From Prorocentrum cordatum (lineage: Eukaryota), in the NCBI GenBank assembly GCA_963575745.1, contig CAUYUJ010000081.1, forward strand, positions 248,001 through 312,000: a stretch of DNA of 64,000 bases. The letters are read 5' to 3'. The position numbers and the translations under genes were made by a program. Below are positions 39,730 through 50,560 of this stretch, piece by piece. Numbering within the stretch: the stretch's first letter is position 1; each line of letters begins with the position of its first letter. The notes beneath the pieces were generated by a model. That model was given only the letters and a program-made list of their open reading frames with translations. It was not told where the DNA came from and did not search any database.

Positions 39730-41000
39730 GCTTCAGATCGCGCCGCAGCGCTGATGCATCGACGATGCAGCGTGTTCCTGCGACGTCCCCCACTCTGGCC
39801 CCACTAAAGGGGGCCTGGAGACCAGACCTCGGACATCACGATGTTCAATATGAACCCACGAACTCTCAACCCCTTCTTTGGGACCGGCTTTTCGCCATGG
39901 ATCGGTTTCTGATTGCCCCACGACCCTTGGCGTGAACCCCGGGGCTTCCCGCATGATCAGTTTTTCAGTTTGATCCGCTTTAAAACAATCGCGGCCCGGG
40001 CCCGTGGAGGACCCTGGGAGTCCAAAAACCGGAGAACCCATGCCCGTTTCCCTCAGGACCGTTTCCTTCGAGGGCGCCGGAAGCGCGGGGGGACAACAGC
40101 GGGCGGCCTGCTGGACCGGAGGCGCCGTCGACACGTAGTTGGCGCTCGTGTCCCCCTGAAGCCGGACCTGGCAGCCACTGAGGTAGCCGCCACGGGCAGG
40201 CAGGAAACGGGGGGCTGGCTCATTACATTCATCTCTCTTCTCCCCACTCCCTGATCCATCCATCCAGCCTCCTGCTTCTCCTCTTCCCTCCTTCGCACGG
40301 TTCGGACGTTCACCCCTTTGCTACCGTATTTCCCTGATCACCTAAACTCGCCCGGACATCGTTTCTGGATGGGCTGGTGGGGACTGTTTGGTCGCAGCCG
40401 CAAGCGAAGGCGCAGGCGGCGTCAAGGGTCGACCCGGGCTACGGGCGAACCTAATCACCCAGCGTGCGCACTCACAGCCGCCAGAGCTGCCGCCGAGGGG
40501 CGCTGAGCGGCGCGGGGGGCTGAAGGCATGCTGCAGGAGCTGCCAGGAGAGCCAGGCGGCCGACGTGCAGCGACCCCAGAGGCGAGACCACCAGGAAGAC
40601 GAACGAATTGTACCCTGTCGCGCCAGGCGCCAAAGGTAGTCGTGCCACCGAGCGTGGCAAAGCGCAGGGCTGCGCAAGCAGTCCAGCGTACCAGTGCTGC
40701 GTGCCAACAGCGACAACCTCACATGGCTGAACAAGAAGGCTGAACCACTCCTGACCAATCAACGTAGGGGCGCGTCCCACCATGCAGGCGGCAGCTGCAA
40801 ACACGGCCAGGCCGTGGCAGTGTCCCAGGACCAGAGGCCAAGAATACGCAAACATTCTAGCCGAAGCTGGTCGACGTGCAAGTCACCTGGACGCCAGGGT
40901 GCGTCACCAGGCTCGAAGTTTGTGAAGCTTTTTTTGGCTCGCGAGCGACGCGGTCAGCCGCGCGCCATCAGATAAAGCCGAAAGAGAAACGCAAGCCCTG
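39730..41000 (-). mobile_element. Possible decayed LTR (copia-like) polyprotein fragment
   Basis: SWPLVLG...MVGRAPTLIGQEWF resembles a retropepsin C-half. WVHIEHRDVRGLVSRP..GPEW resembles a W..H..R..P..GP module I associate with dinoflagellate LTR elements. Confidence 0.35.
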
Positions 41001-41993
41001 CTGTCGCAAGTGCGAAACGGAAAATAAAGGGCCACAAGGGTGGCGAAACAGAGCGGAGGCAACGGCAGGCGAAGCGAAGAAACCGAGGGCGAGAACCGAA
41101 GAGCGGAAGAGCAGAGAAAAGGCTGGTGGGGATACTTTTGATCAACAGGCTCGCGAGGCGGGTCGAAAGCCGTCCGAACACCAGTCGGGCCGCGACTAGG
41201 CAGCAGGAAAAGAACGGCAAGCGAAGCGAGCGAGCGGGCAACCACTCAGAAGGAGAGCCAGAACCGATACTCCCAAACCCGGTGGCGTTGGAAATCCCTG
41301 TGGCGACCAGCAAGTAAGCGCAGCCAAAATGGCGCGGCGGCGCGACCATAAACACGCAGAGGGGGACTGGTGGGGATACGCGATGCGTCTAGAAGTCTTG
41401 TAGGGACCTTTGAAGAGGGAGTCAATAGGGAGGGTTCATTGCAACGTCGCTGATGCGTCTTGGACATACATTTGTCCTCCGACTCTCCTCTTCCATCTCT
41501 TGGCCTTCGGAGGTCTCCCTCATCCCACGGCCGGACGCATCTCGACAAACGGGTCAGGATTGCGCCTGAAACATGTATGGGAAATGCTTCTGAGCTCATT
41601 CTGGCTGGGACGCAGGGTGGAGAATAAGGAGGAGCCAGTCACTTCACGTAAAGTGCTTGGTGGCATTGGTGGCGGCAGAGGTACACATGGCTATCATGGC
41701 AATAGAAGTGGGCGGACAAGTCCTGGGAGACGGAACTGCAGACATCGCAACTCTATTGTTGCGTTTCCACGGATTAGCGAACGGCGATCGCACCCCGGAA
41801 AAAAACTGAAAAAGTGCTGGCGGCGAAAAAAAACTACTCGACACTCCACAGTCGGCGGCGATGTTACGTTTTCTTATGGCAGAGGACGAATAGCAATGCA
41901 CCCGCTGACAATGAGGGGCTACCCAGAGAGCAATTGATGATAACTACAAAATTTCTATGAAACAACAACAACAAAACATATGAGCATAAACTG

Positions 41994-42125
41994 TCGGAGC
42001 TCCGCGAGGATCTCTTGGATTGGCGCTGAACCCCCTCCCTGGCGCGCAGAGCGTGCCAGTGGCGGCGCCTGAGGCGCCGCCAGCGGTCTCCAGCGCCGAT
42101 CCAAGAAATCCTCGCGGAGCTCCGA
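41994..42125. mobile_element. Palindromic MITE, 35 bp TIRs with internal hairpin
   Basis: 41994-42028 vs 42091-42125 reverse complement with 2 mismatches. Internal TGGCGGCGCC-TGA-GGCGCCGCCA. A related copy lies at 63190-63325. Confidence 0.8.
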
Positions 42126-42624
42126 AAGATTATGCAAATGCATGTTTTGACGAGTTTAGCACTATCACGAGATGGGTACACTACCATTGGAGGGCCACTG
42201 AAAGAGAGATGGCGCTGCTGCGCAGCTTCCCCAAGCGCGGTGGCGGATATGTGCAAGAGCGCGGCAGACCACAAGCCAGCTGAGCTTACCCAAGAATTCG
42301 TCCCAAGAGACCCCAAGACGCCTCTCAAAGAGGCGTCTTATCCACGACCCACTTTGGCCGCAAGAGTGCCCCAAGAAGCCATCGAGAGGCCTCCTCCTTC
42401 TCATTCTCCTCCTCCTTCTCGCTCGCCACGAGCACGCCAACAGCAACAGTGATGACATATGGGCCAGCGGAATGACCGAAACGATTGAATTCGGCGGGAC
42501 CCCTGCGGGCGATGGCAGTTTTAACCTTCGAGGCAAGACTATGATGGAGGACAGTGAGAAGCATGCATAAAAAAACATGCCAAGAGGGGCTTCGCGGATT
42601 CCGCAGCTCGACCCTCCTGGGACA

Positions 42625-42880
42625 CGAGTGAGACGTACTCCGATGGCCTCACATGGCCGATTCGCTCAGGATACCCTAGACACACAAGCTCCGAAAAGGA
42701 CTCTGAATCTCAGAAACTGCCGCTTCGATGTGAACATGCTCGCCAACTCGGCTTCGGAAGGGACTCTGGATTTCGAACATGGCCGTTTGACTACAGACAT
42801 TCTCGGTAAGTAAGCTTCAGAGAGGAGTTTGAGTCTCAATAGTGACAATTTCGCTGGAAACATCCTCGGCAGCTGAAATG
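42625..42880 (+). repeat. Degenerate 63 bp tandem repeat (4 units)
   Basis: gct(c/t)c.ga.(a/g)ggac(t)..g..t.tc....tg(g/a)cc....atg/ac.(c)tcg at a 63 nt period. Confidence 0.6.
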
Positions 42881-43249
42881 GCTGGTACCGACCCGCGTCG
42901 AAGCAATATCCCTAACACCCAATGGTGCCAAAATCTGCGTACGGTCTTCCCCCTAGGGGCCCGCCGTGACTCCCGCTTTGCGGGCTCATTCGGCGGGCCC
43001 CCATGCGGGCCCTGGCCGTGTGAACCTTTGAGGCAAGATGCTGAGATGGAGGATGATAGAGGAGAATGAAAAACGTTTATAACGGCATGCTAAGATGGGT
43101 GTCGCGGGTTCCGCTGGTCGCTTCCCCTGGAGCATTTATACATAAACATATACATACAACTAAAACACGAGCGAACGGCGCTCCCAATGCTACGAACGCA
43201 TCAATTCGGCACACGGCGCACGCATCATGCGGTTCCTGTCCTAGCTATC

Positions 43250-44297
43250 CTTGTCCCCCATAGAGCCACGAAAACCCAATTCGGCACACCCCTCACGTAT
43301 TTCCTCCCCAACCTCTCCTGGGACGCTGGGAAAATCGTCCTGGCCAAAGAGCCAACCATATACAAGTGTGAATACCGCCAATGTGAGAACCGCCATCGGT
43401 GCAGCTCCCGACGATGCTGCGATATGCGTGAAGAGAAATGAGGGGCGTGCCAAAGTGAGGGGGGCAGCTGCATGCGGGCGCAGCCACTGGGGCCTTAGGT
43501 TGAGCTCCCTATGGGGCCACGAAGCGTGTGAGGGGTGTGCCAAAATGAGGGGGGTGGCGGCATGCGAGCGCAACCACTGGGGCCTCAGTTGGAGCTCCCT
43601 ATGGGGCCACGAAGCGTATGTAGGGTGTGCCACAAGAGGGGGGGGGGGCGGCATGCGGGCGCAGCCGCTGGGGCCGTAAGTGGAGCCCCCTACGAGGCCA
43701 CGAAACGTGAGAGGGTTACGCCAAAATGAAGGGGTGGCGGCATGCTGGCGCAGCCACTGGGGCCGTAAGTGGAGCTCCTTACGAGGCCACGAAACGTGTG
43801 AGGGGTGTGCCAGAATAAAGGTGGGCGGCAATGCGGGCGCAGCCACTCGGGCTTCATGTGTACTTCCCTATGGGGCCACGAAGCGCGTGAGGGGTGTACC
43901 AAAATGAGGGGGTGGCGGCATGCGGGCGCAACCACTGGGACCTTAGGCGGAGCTCCCTATAGGGGCCACGAAACGTGTGAGGTGTGTGCCAGAAATGAGG
44001 GGGGGGCGTCATGCGGGCGCAACCACTGGGGCCTTGGGTGGAGCTCCCGATGTGGCCACGAAACGTGTGAGGGGTGTGCCAAAATGCGGGTGTGGCGGCA
44101 TGCGGGCGCATCCACTGAGGCCTTCAATGTGGCTCCCTACGAGGCCACGAAACTTGTGAAGAGTGTGCCAAAGTGAGGGGGGGACGGGAGAATGAGGAGG
44201 AGGAGGAGGAGGGGGGCGGAGTGAGGAGGGAGAGAGGAGGAAAGGAGGTGGGAGACGCTGGGCGCTGTCTCTTCAAAACAACTGGATGGTTGGGAAT
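43250..44297 (+). repeat. Second GGGGCCACGAA-family minisatellite element, ~90 bp units
   Basis: Core at ~43513, 43603, 43695, 43784, 43872, 43963, 44053, 44143. Purine tract, then CTTCAAAACAACTGGATGGTTGGGAA, the same end as at 5771-5802. Confidence 0.9.
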
Positions 44298-45539
44298 GAT
44301 GTTCGCTCTCAGGCGCATGGCTACTGGGGCACACAAAAAACTGATGGTGTGGGCCTCGAAGCTCGCGGGAAACGAATTGCCCTTCCATGTTGACGTGGAC
44401 CTCTTCGGCACACCACTCACGCACTTCGCAAATGTTGGGCACTCAGCTGGCCCCCGAGACGGCTCCTGGGAGCCTCAATTCGGAGCACCACTCTTTCAAC
44501 GCATGCGTGCATGCGCCATTACAAGTGGAAAGATATCATGGACCCGTACGATCCCTTTGATCTGGCTTCACGATTCGCGAGAACTGGATGTCCTCTTCCT
44601 GCAAACATCCCACACATGGCCAGAGCCTACTACTCGGCTGCATTTGCAGGTACACCGACGATCAGCTGCAGACGTACTTTACGCGCTGCTTCTTTGTGGA
44701 CGGGTCCTGGCAGCAAGTTTCGCAGGTACATCGGCGAGCAGCTGCAGACATAACTTTATGAAGCCATTAAGGACCCCCCTGGAGTTGTCATTGGCAATGC
44801 ACCGTAATTGAGTAATTCCAGGGGCGGTTACCGCTGAACGGTATGATTCGTACCGCGCAAATCGAACAAAAATAAATAATTCCCGCTCCCCGGCTCGGGT
44901 GGTATCCCAATTGGAGTTGGAATATTAGTAAGAATAATAATGGCATGCGAGTAATAAGAATATGAATAATACGAATGATCATAAAAAATAAATTCCAGAT
45001 GAGAGTAAGAGTGATATTGATAATAGCGATAAAAAATGAAGTACGAATACGATTAATAATACTAAACATATTCATAATAAAATAATACTAAAGAGCTGGT
45101 TCTCATTATATTCACAATCCTTGTCCTATACGATTTGTATCACCACCCCTGTTAACAAATTGTTTTTTCCCCGGCCGTCGTGTGGGGTAGTGCATCCGAG
45201 GATATCGCCCCCGCCAGGCACGGCGCATTATCTCAGCACCGCACCCGCACAAAATAATTACGACAGCTTGTCAAAAAAAAAGAAGTACAATAAGACCAAT
45301 AATCAGAAACAATACTACACATAAGAATGAGACTAATGATAAGAAGAATAATGCGAACAAGTGGCACGCGTGCCCTGGCTCTTGCACCAAGGAGCTGCGA
45401 GGGACAGGAGGCGTTCGCCTCCTTCCCCCAGGAGTTTCCTTCTGTGGCCGGGGGGGGGACGAACGGCGAATGACGAACGAACGACGAACGAAAATAAAGA
45501 GGTCCGAGCTCTAGAACACAGCTGTGCAAGAGCAAAAAA

Positions 45540-47775
45540 TGGTCGGGGCGGAGGGGGCGCTGGGCGGGCGCTGGAGCCGCGGGGGCGCTGAGACGGCGCG
45601 GGGGAGGGGGCGGAGCGGGGGGGGGGGCGGAGGGGGGCTGGGCGGCGGGAGGCGGGGGCGCTGAGACGGCGCGGGGGAGGGGGCGGAGCGGGGGGGGGTG
45701 CGGTGCCGAAATAAAGTGGTCGGGGCGGAGGGGGCACTGGGCGGGCGCTGGAGCCGCGCGGGGGCGCTGAGACGGCGCGGGGGAGGGGGCGGAGCGGGGG
45801 GGGGGTGCGGTGCCGAAATAAAGTGGTCGGGGCGGAGGGGGCACTGGGCGGGCGCTGGAGCCGCGCGGGGGCGCTGAGACGGCGCGGGGGAGGGGGCGCT
45901 GAGACGGCGCGGGGGAAGGGGCGGAGCGGGGAGGGGGTGCGGTGCCGAAATAAAGTGGTCGGGGCGGAGGGGGCACTGGGCGGGCGCTGGAGCCGCGGGG
46001 GGGCGCTGAGACGGCGCGGGGGAGGGGGCGGAGCGGGGAGGGGGGGTGCGGTGCCGAAATAAAGTGGTCGGGCGGAGGGGGCACTGGGGCGGAGCTGAGG
46101 TGCCGAAATAAAGTGTCGAAGCGGAGGGGGCACTGGCGAGCGTGGAGCCGCGGGGGCGCTGAGACGGCGCGGGGGAGGGGGCGGAGCGGGCGGGGGGGGG
46201 TGCGGTGCCGAAATAAAGTGGTCGGGGCGGAGGGGGCACTGGGCGGGCGCTGGAGCCGCGGGGGGGCGCTGAGACGGCGCGGGGGAGGGGGCGGAGCGGG
46301 GAGGGGGGGTGCGGTGCCGAAATAAAGTGGTCGGGGCGGAGGGGGCACTGGGCGGGCGCTGGAGCCGCGGGAGGGCGCTGAGACGGCGCGGGGGAGGGGG
46401 CGGAGCGGGGGGGGGTGCGGTGCCGAAATAAAGTGGTCGGGGCGGAGGGGGCACTGGGCGGGCGCTGGAGCCGCGGGAGGGCGCTGAGACGGAGCGCGTG
46501 AAGGGGGCGGAGCGGGGGGGGGTGCGGGTGCCGAATAAGGTCGGGGCGGAGAGGCACTGGGCGCGGGCTGTGGGGGAGGGGGGGGGGGGGGGGGGGGTGG
46601 GGGAGGGGGGGAGGGGGGGGGGGGGAGCGGGGGGGGGGGAGGGGGGGGAGGGGGGTGGGGGGGGAGAGCCGCCGGGGGGCGCAGAGTACGGCGCTGCAGT
46701 CGAGCGGGGGGGGCGGAGCGGGTATGGGGGGGCTGGCGGAATAAAATTGTCGAAGCGGAGGGGGCACTGGGCGGCGCTGGAGCCGCGGGGGCGCGCTGAG
46801 ACGGCGCGGGGGTGGGGGCGGAGCAGGGGGGGGATGCGGCGCCGAAATAAAGTAGTCGAAGCGGAGGGGGCACTGGGCGGGCGCTGGAGCCGCGGGGGGG
46901 CGCTGAGACGGCGCGGGGGAGGGGGCGGAGCGGGGGGGGGTGCGGTGCCGAAATAAAGTGGTCGAGGCGGAGGGGGCACTGGGCGGGCGCTGGAGCCGCG
47001 GGGGGGCGCTGAGACGGCGCGGGGGAGGGGGCGGAGCGGGGAGGGGGTGCGGTGCCGAAATAAAGTGGTCGAGGCGGAGGGGGCGCTGGGCGGGCGCTGG
47101 AGCCGCGGGGGGGCGCTGAGACGGCGCGGGGGAGGGAGCGGAGCGGGGGGGGGGGGGCGGTGCCGAATAAAAGTGGTCGGGGGCGGAGGGGGCACTGGGC
47201 GGGCGCTGGAGCCGCGGGGGGGCGCTGAGACGGCGCGGGGGGGGGGGCGGAGCGGGGGGGGGTGCGGTGCGAAATAAAGTGGTCCGGCGGAGGGGGCACT
47301 GGGCTGGCGCTGGAGCCGCGCGGGGGCGCTGAGACGGCGCGGGGGAGGGGGCGGAGCGGGGAGGGGGGGTGCGGTGCCGAAATAAAGTGGTCGTGGCGGA
47401 GGGGGCACTGGGCGGGCGCTGGAGCCGCGCGGGGGCGCTGAGACGGCGCGGGGGAGGGGGCGGAGCGGGGAGGGGGGGTGCGGTGCCGAAATAAAGTGGT
47501 CGGGGCGGAGGAGGCACTGGGCGGGCGCTGGAGCCGCGGGGGGGCGCTGAGACGGCGCGGGGGAGGGGGCGGAGCGGGGGGGGGTGCGGTGCCGAAATAA
47601 AATGGTCGAAGCGGAGGGGGCGCTGGGCGGGCGCTGGAGCCGCGGGGGGGCGCTGAGGCGGCGCGGGGGAGGGGGCGGAGCGGGGGGGGGGTGCGGTGCC
47701 GAAATAAAGTGGTCGGGGCGGAGGGGGCACTGGGCGGGCGCTGGAGCCGCGGGAGGGCGCTGAGACGGAGGGGGC
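45540..47775 (+). repeat. ~108 bp G-rich tandem satellite (~20 copies), G-quadruplex-prone
   Basis: cggtgccgaaataaagtggtcggggcggagggggcactgggcgggcgctggagccgc..gcgctgagacggcgcgggggagggggcggagc at a 106-109 nt period. Confidence 0.95.
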
Positions 47776-47777
47776 GC

Positions 47778-47850
47778 ATGATGATGATGTGGATGATGAT
47801 GATGATGGTGATTATGATGATGATGATGATGATGATGGTGAGGTTGATGG

Positions 47851-47900
<50 letters not shown>
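47778..47900. repeat. (GAT)n microsatellite
   Basis: Direct inspection. Confidence 0.95.
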
Positions 47901-47902
<2 letters not shown>

Positions 47903-48599
47903 GGGGGGGTGCGGTGCCGAAATAAAGTGGTCGGAGCTCTAGACACCCTGTGCAAGAGAATAAAAGAAAGGATACTAATGATAGTACAAATCCGAAAACA
48001 GACGGGCCCCCCTGCTTCTTCCCCCCCTCCCTCCTTTTTTGAATGTTCTTCATCATCCTTGTCCTATACGACTCTTATTGCCACCCTATTGAAAATGCGC
48101 GTTGTCCCGGCCGTCGCGTGGGGTAGTGCGTCCGAGGATATCGCCCCAGCCACGCACGGCGCGTTATCCTAGCACCCGCACCGCCAAAATGATTCGCCCA
48201 TCGTAGGCACGGACGGTTCCTTTTCAAAGCCGAGCTCCCCCTTCCTGGGGCGCCCCTGCTCGGAGGGCCGAGCGCTGGGATGGCGCGCGGCTACTCCAGT
48301 TCTCGGCCAGACCGACCACCTGACGAAGACTCGTCTGCGTCCAGAGCAATTTCTGAGGATGTCTCATGCGAGGCGTTTGTTTCAGAACCGGAGACCATAT
48401 TGCGAGAATGTCTCAGGCGGTTGGCTTGTTTCGGCGAGCAGACTGGCCTGCGTTCACATAAAGGTGCGAGGTGCCAAGGTAACGCTTCTGGGGTGCCGGG
48501 TGCGTTATACTTTCGCCGGGGAGGGGGAGGGGTTCTCCTTTGCTTCATGAGGTTACTTTACAAGCTGCTTCTTGGTGAACGGCGGTCCTGGCGACTATG

Positions 48600-49760
48600 A
48601 GAAAACAAGCCGGAGGGATCCCAAGACGAAAAATTGCCCCCTGGGCTTGAGGGTACGAGGTCGACAACGGTTACAAGCGGGCAGTCACTCAGGTCAGCGG
48701 CCCGCTCACCGATCGCCAAACGTAGTATACGGCCGCCTGTAGAAGCAATCCTGCAGGCCAGCGGCCCGCCCACCAGCCCGCGCCCTACTGGGCTGCAGAG
48801 CTTCGAATCTCCTGCCTCCTCGGCCATGGGCGAGGGCCCTCCCGCCACCTGGGCCCCCTCGGCTCGCTCTCCTTCCAGCCAGGGTGCGCCCCCAGCCAGC
48901 AAGCGACCTGCTTCGCGGCACTTCCAACGGAACCACTCCTGGCGGCGGCGGTACCCCAGACGCCGCGGACGAAACATTGTGGCATGCGGCTCCGAACTTG
49001 CCGTCCTCACACGTTGTTGTCCTTGGCCCGCTTTACCTTTCCTCCACCGGCCCCTGCGGGTTTTCCCCCTGAGGCCGCGGCCCCTGTCTTCTTCGGACAG
49101 GCCACCCCCCGCAGCTGCCGTGCGAGCGTTACGCAATCGGCGAACGGGCTCAGCCTCACTCTCGTTATCAATTACGGATATGCCCCTTTCACTTTGGTCT
49201 GTCTGCCGCCGGCGGGCACCCATGGGCGCTCGCGTTTCCCACCCAGTCCCGCTCCGCCAGCGCCGCCGTTTGGCCCCCCTCCCCTGCACTCTGTCGGAGA
49301 CTGGTGCCCCCCTCGCTCTGCAGCCCTTGGCTGGTCTACCAGCCCTCCTCGCCCCCTCGGGGCCCCCCTGCGGGAGGGCGCCCAGGTTCGCCTCTCTGGC
49401 TTGCCTCCTCGGCGGCTGCCTTTTCCGGCGCGTAAACTGGCTTGCCGGCTGTCACGGCCCCGCCGCTTGCGACCATTGCGGCGCCCCCGCCGCCACTGTC
49501 AGGCCCCTCCGGCCCCCTTGCTCCTCACTTGGTGCCCTTTTGCTCGCTTCCACTGGACTTGGCACCTGCTCACCGTAGGCATGCGACCCTTCTGCCCGTT
49601 GGGTTTTAGGTCGGTTTTGGCCTCGGCGTTGCGCCACACTGCTTACTCGCCCACGCCATCCAGTTCCTGCTTCCACCGCACCGTGGCCTCGCTTCCCACC
49701 GCCCCCCCCCCGTTATCCACGCCCGGATGGCTGACGGCGGCGGCTGCTGCGGGACCCCAA
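48600..49760 (-). mobile_element. Possible decayed LINE ORF1
   Basis: W....CG..NW.....CG (RanBP2-finger-like, ~49630-49700) followed by EPVRRLRNARTA, a coiled-coil-like segment. Weak. Confidence 0.3.
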
Positions 49761-49869
49761 GCAGGTCTCTGAGGGTCTCTGAAGGCTCGGGCGCTTTAGA
49801 CTCACGCGCACGACTGCTGTTCCACACTTTCCCCGCCTTCTCGCTGAGCGCATGGCCGCGATGCCAAAA

Positions 49870-50560
49870 AGTGTGTATGCTGGTATGTGTGTATGCGTGT
49901 ATGTACGTATGTATGTACGTATGTATGTATGTGTATGCGAATATGTATGTATGTTTGTATGTATGTATGATTGGTAGGTATGTAAGCATGTATGCATGCG
50001 TGTATGTATGACTGTATGCATGTATGTACGTACATATGTACGTACGCATGCATGCATGCATGCATGCATGTGTGTACGTGTGTGGTGGGTGGGTGGACGA
50101 GGATGTGGATGCGGATGCGGATGTGCATGAGGATGTGGATGTGGATGTGGATGTGTGTGTGTGTGTATGAGTGCGTGCGCGTGTGGGTGTGTAGGTGACT
50201 TGATTTGTGGGTGTCGGGGTGTGTGGGTGTGTGGGTGTGTGTGTGCTTGTGTGTGCGTGTGCGTGTGCGTGCGCGTGTGCGTGTGCGTGCGCATGCGCAC
50301 GCGCATGTGCGTGTGCGTGCGCGTGTACGCGTGCGTGCGCGCGTGCGTGTGCGTGTGCGTGTGCGTGTGCGTGTGTGTGTGTGTGCGTGTACGTGTGCGT
50401 GTGCATGTGTGCGTGCGCGTGGGCGTGTGCGCGTGCGTGCGCGTGTGCGCGTGCGCGTGCGTGTGCTCGCGCGCGTGCGTGCGCGTTTGCGCGTGCGTGT
50501 GCGCGCGTGCGTGCGCGCGCGTGTGTGCGTGCGCGTGTGTGCGTGCGTGCGCGTGCGTAA
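49870..50560. repeat. Compound (TATG)n/(TG)n/(TGCG)n microsatellite
   Basis: Direct inspection. Confidence 0.95.

Larger units (their letters stand above)
45117..48185 (+). mobile_element. Satellite-carrying element bracketed by ~130 bp direct repeats (head-to-tail junctions)
   Basis: atccttgtcctatacga...ccggccgtcg(t/c)gtggggtagtgc.tccgaggatatcgcccc...gcacggcgc.ttatc at 45117-45250 and 48055-48185. Confidence 0.7.

Noticed and set aside
46570..46670. Very long G-run block inside the satellite
   Set aside because: Probably a low-quality consensus or assembly error in G4-prone sequence; the neighbouring units are also error-rich.
45233..48056. 739-907 aa Pro-rich ORFs
   Set aside because: All three minus frames are open because the C-rich satellite strand lacks stops.
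48110..48172. Canonical Helitron 3' end (hairpin then CTAG at 48169-48172)
   Set aside because: Not followed by T, the sister copy reads CTCAG, and homology between the copies continues past the CTAG.
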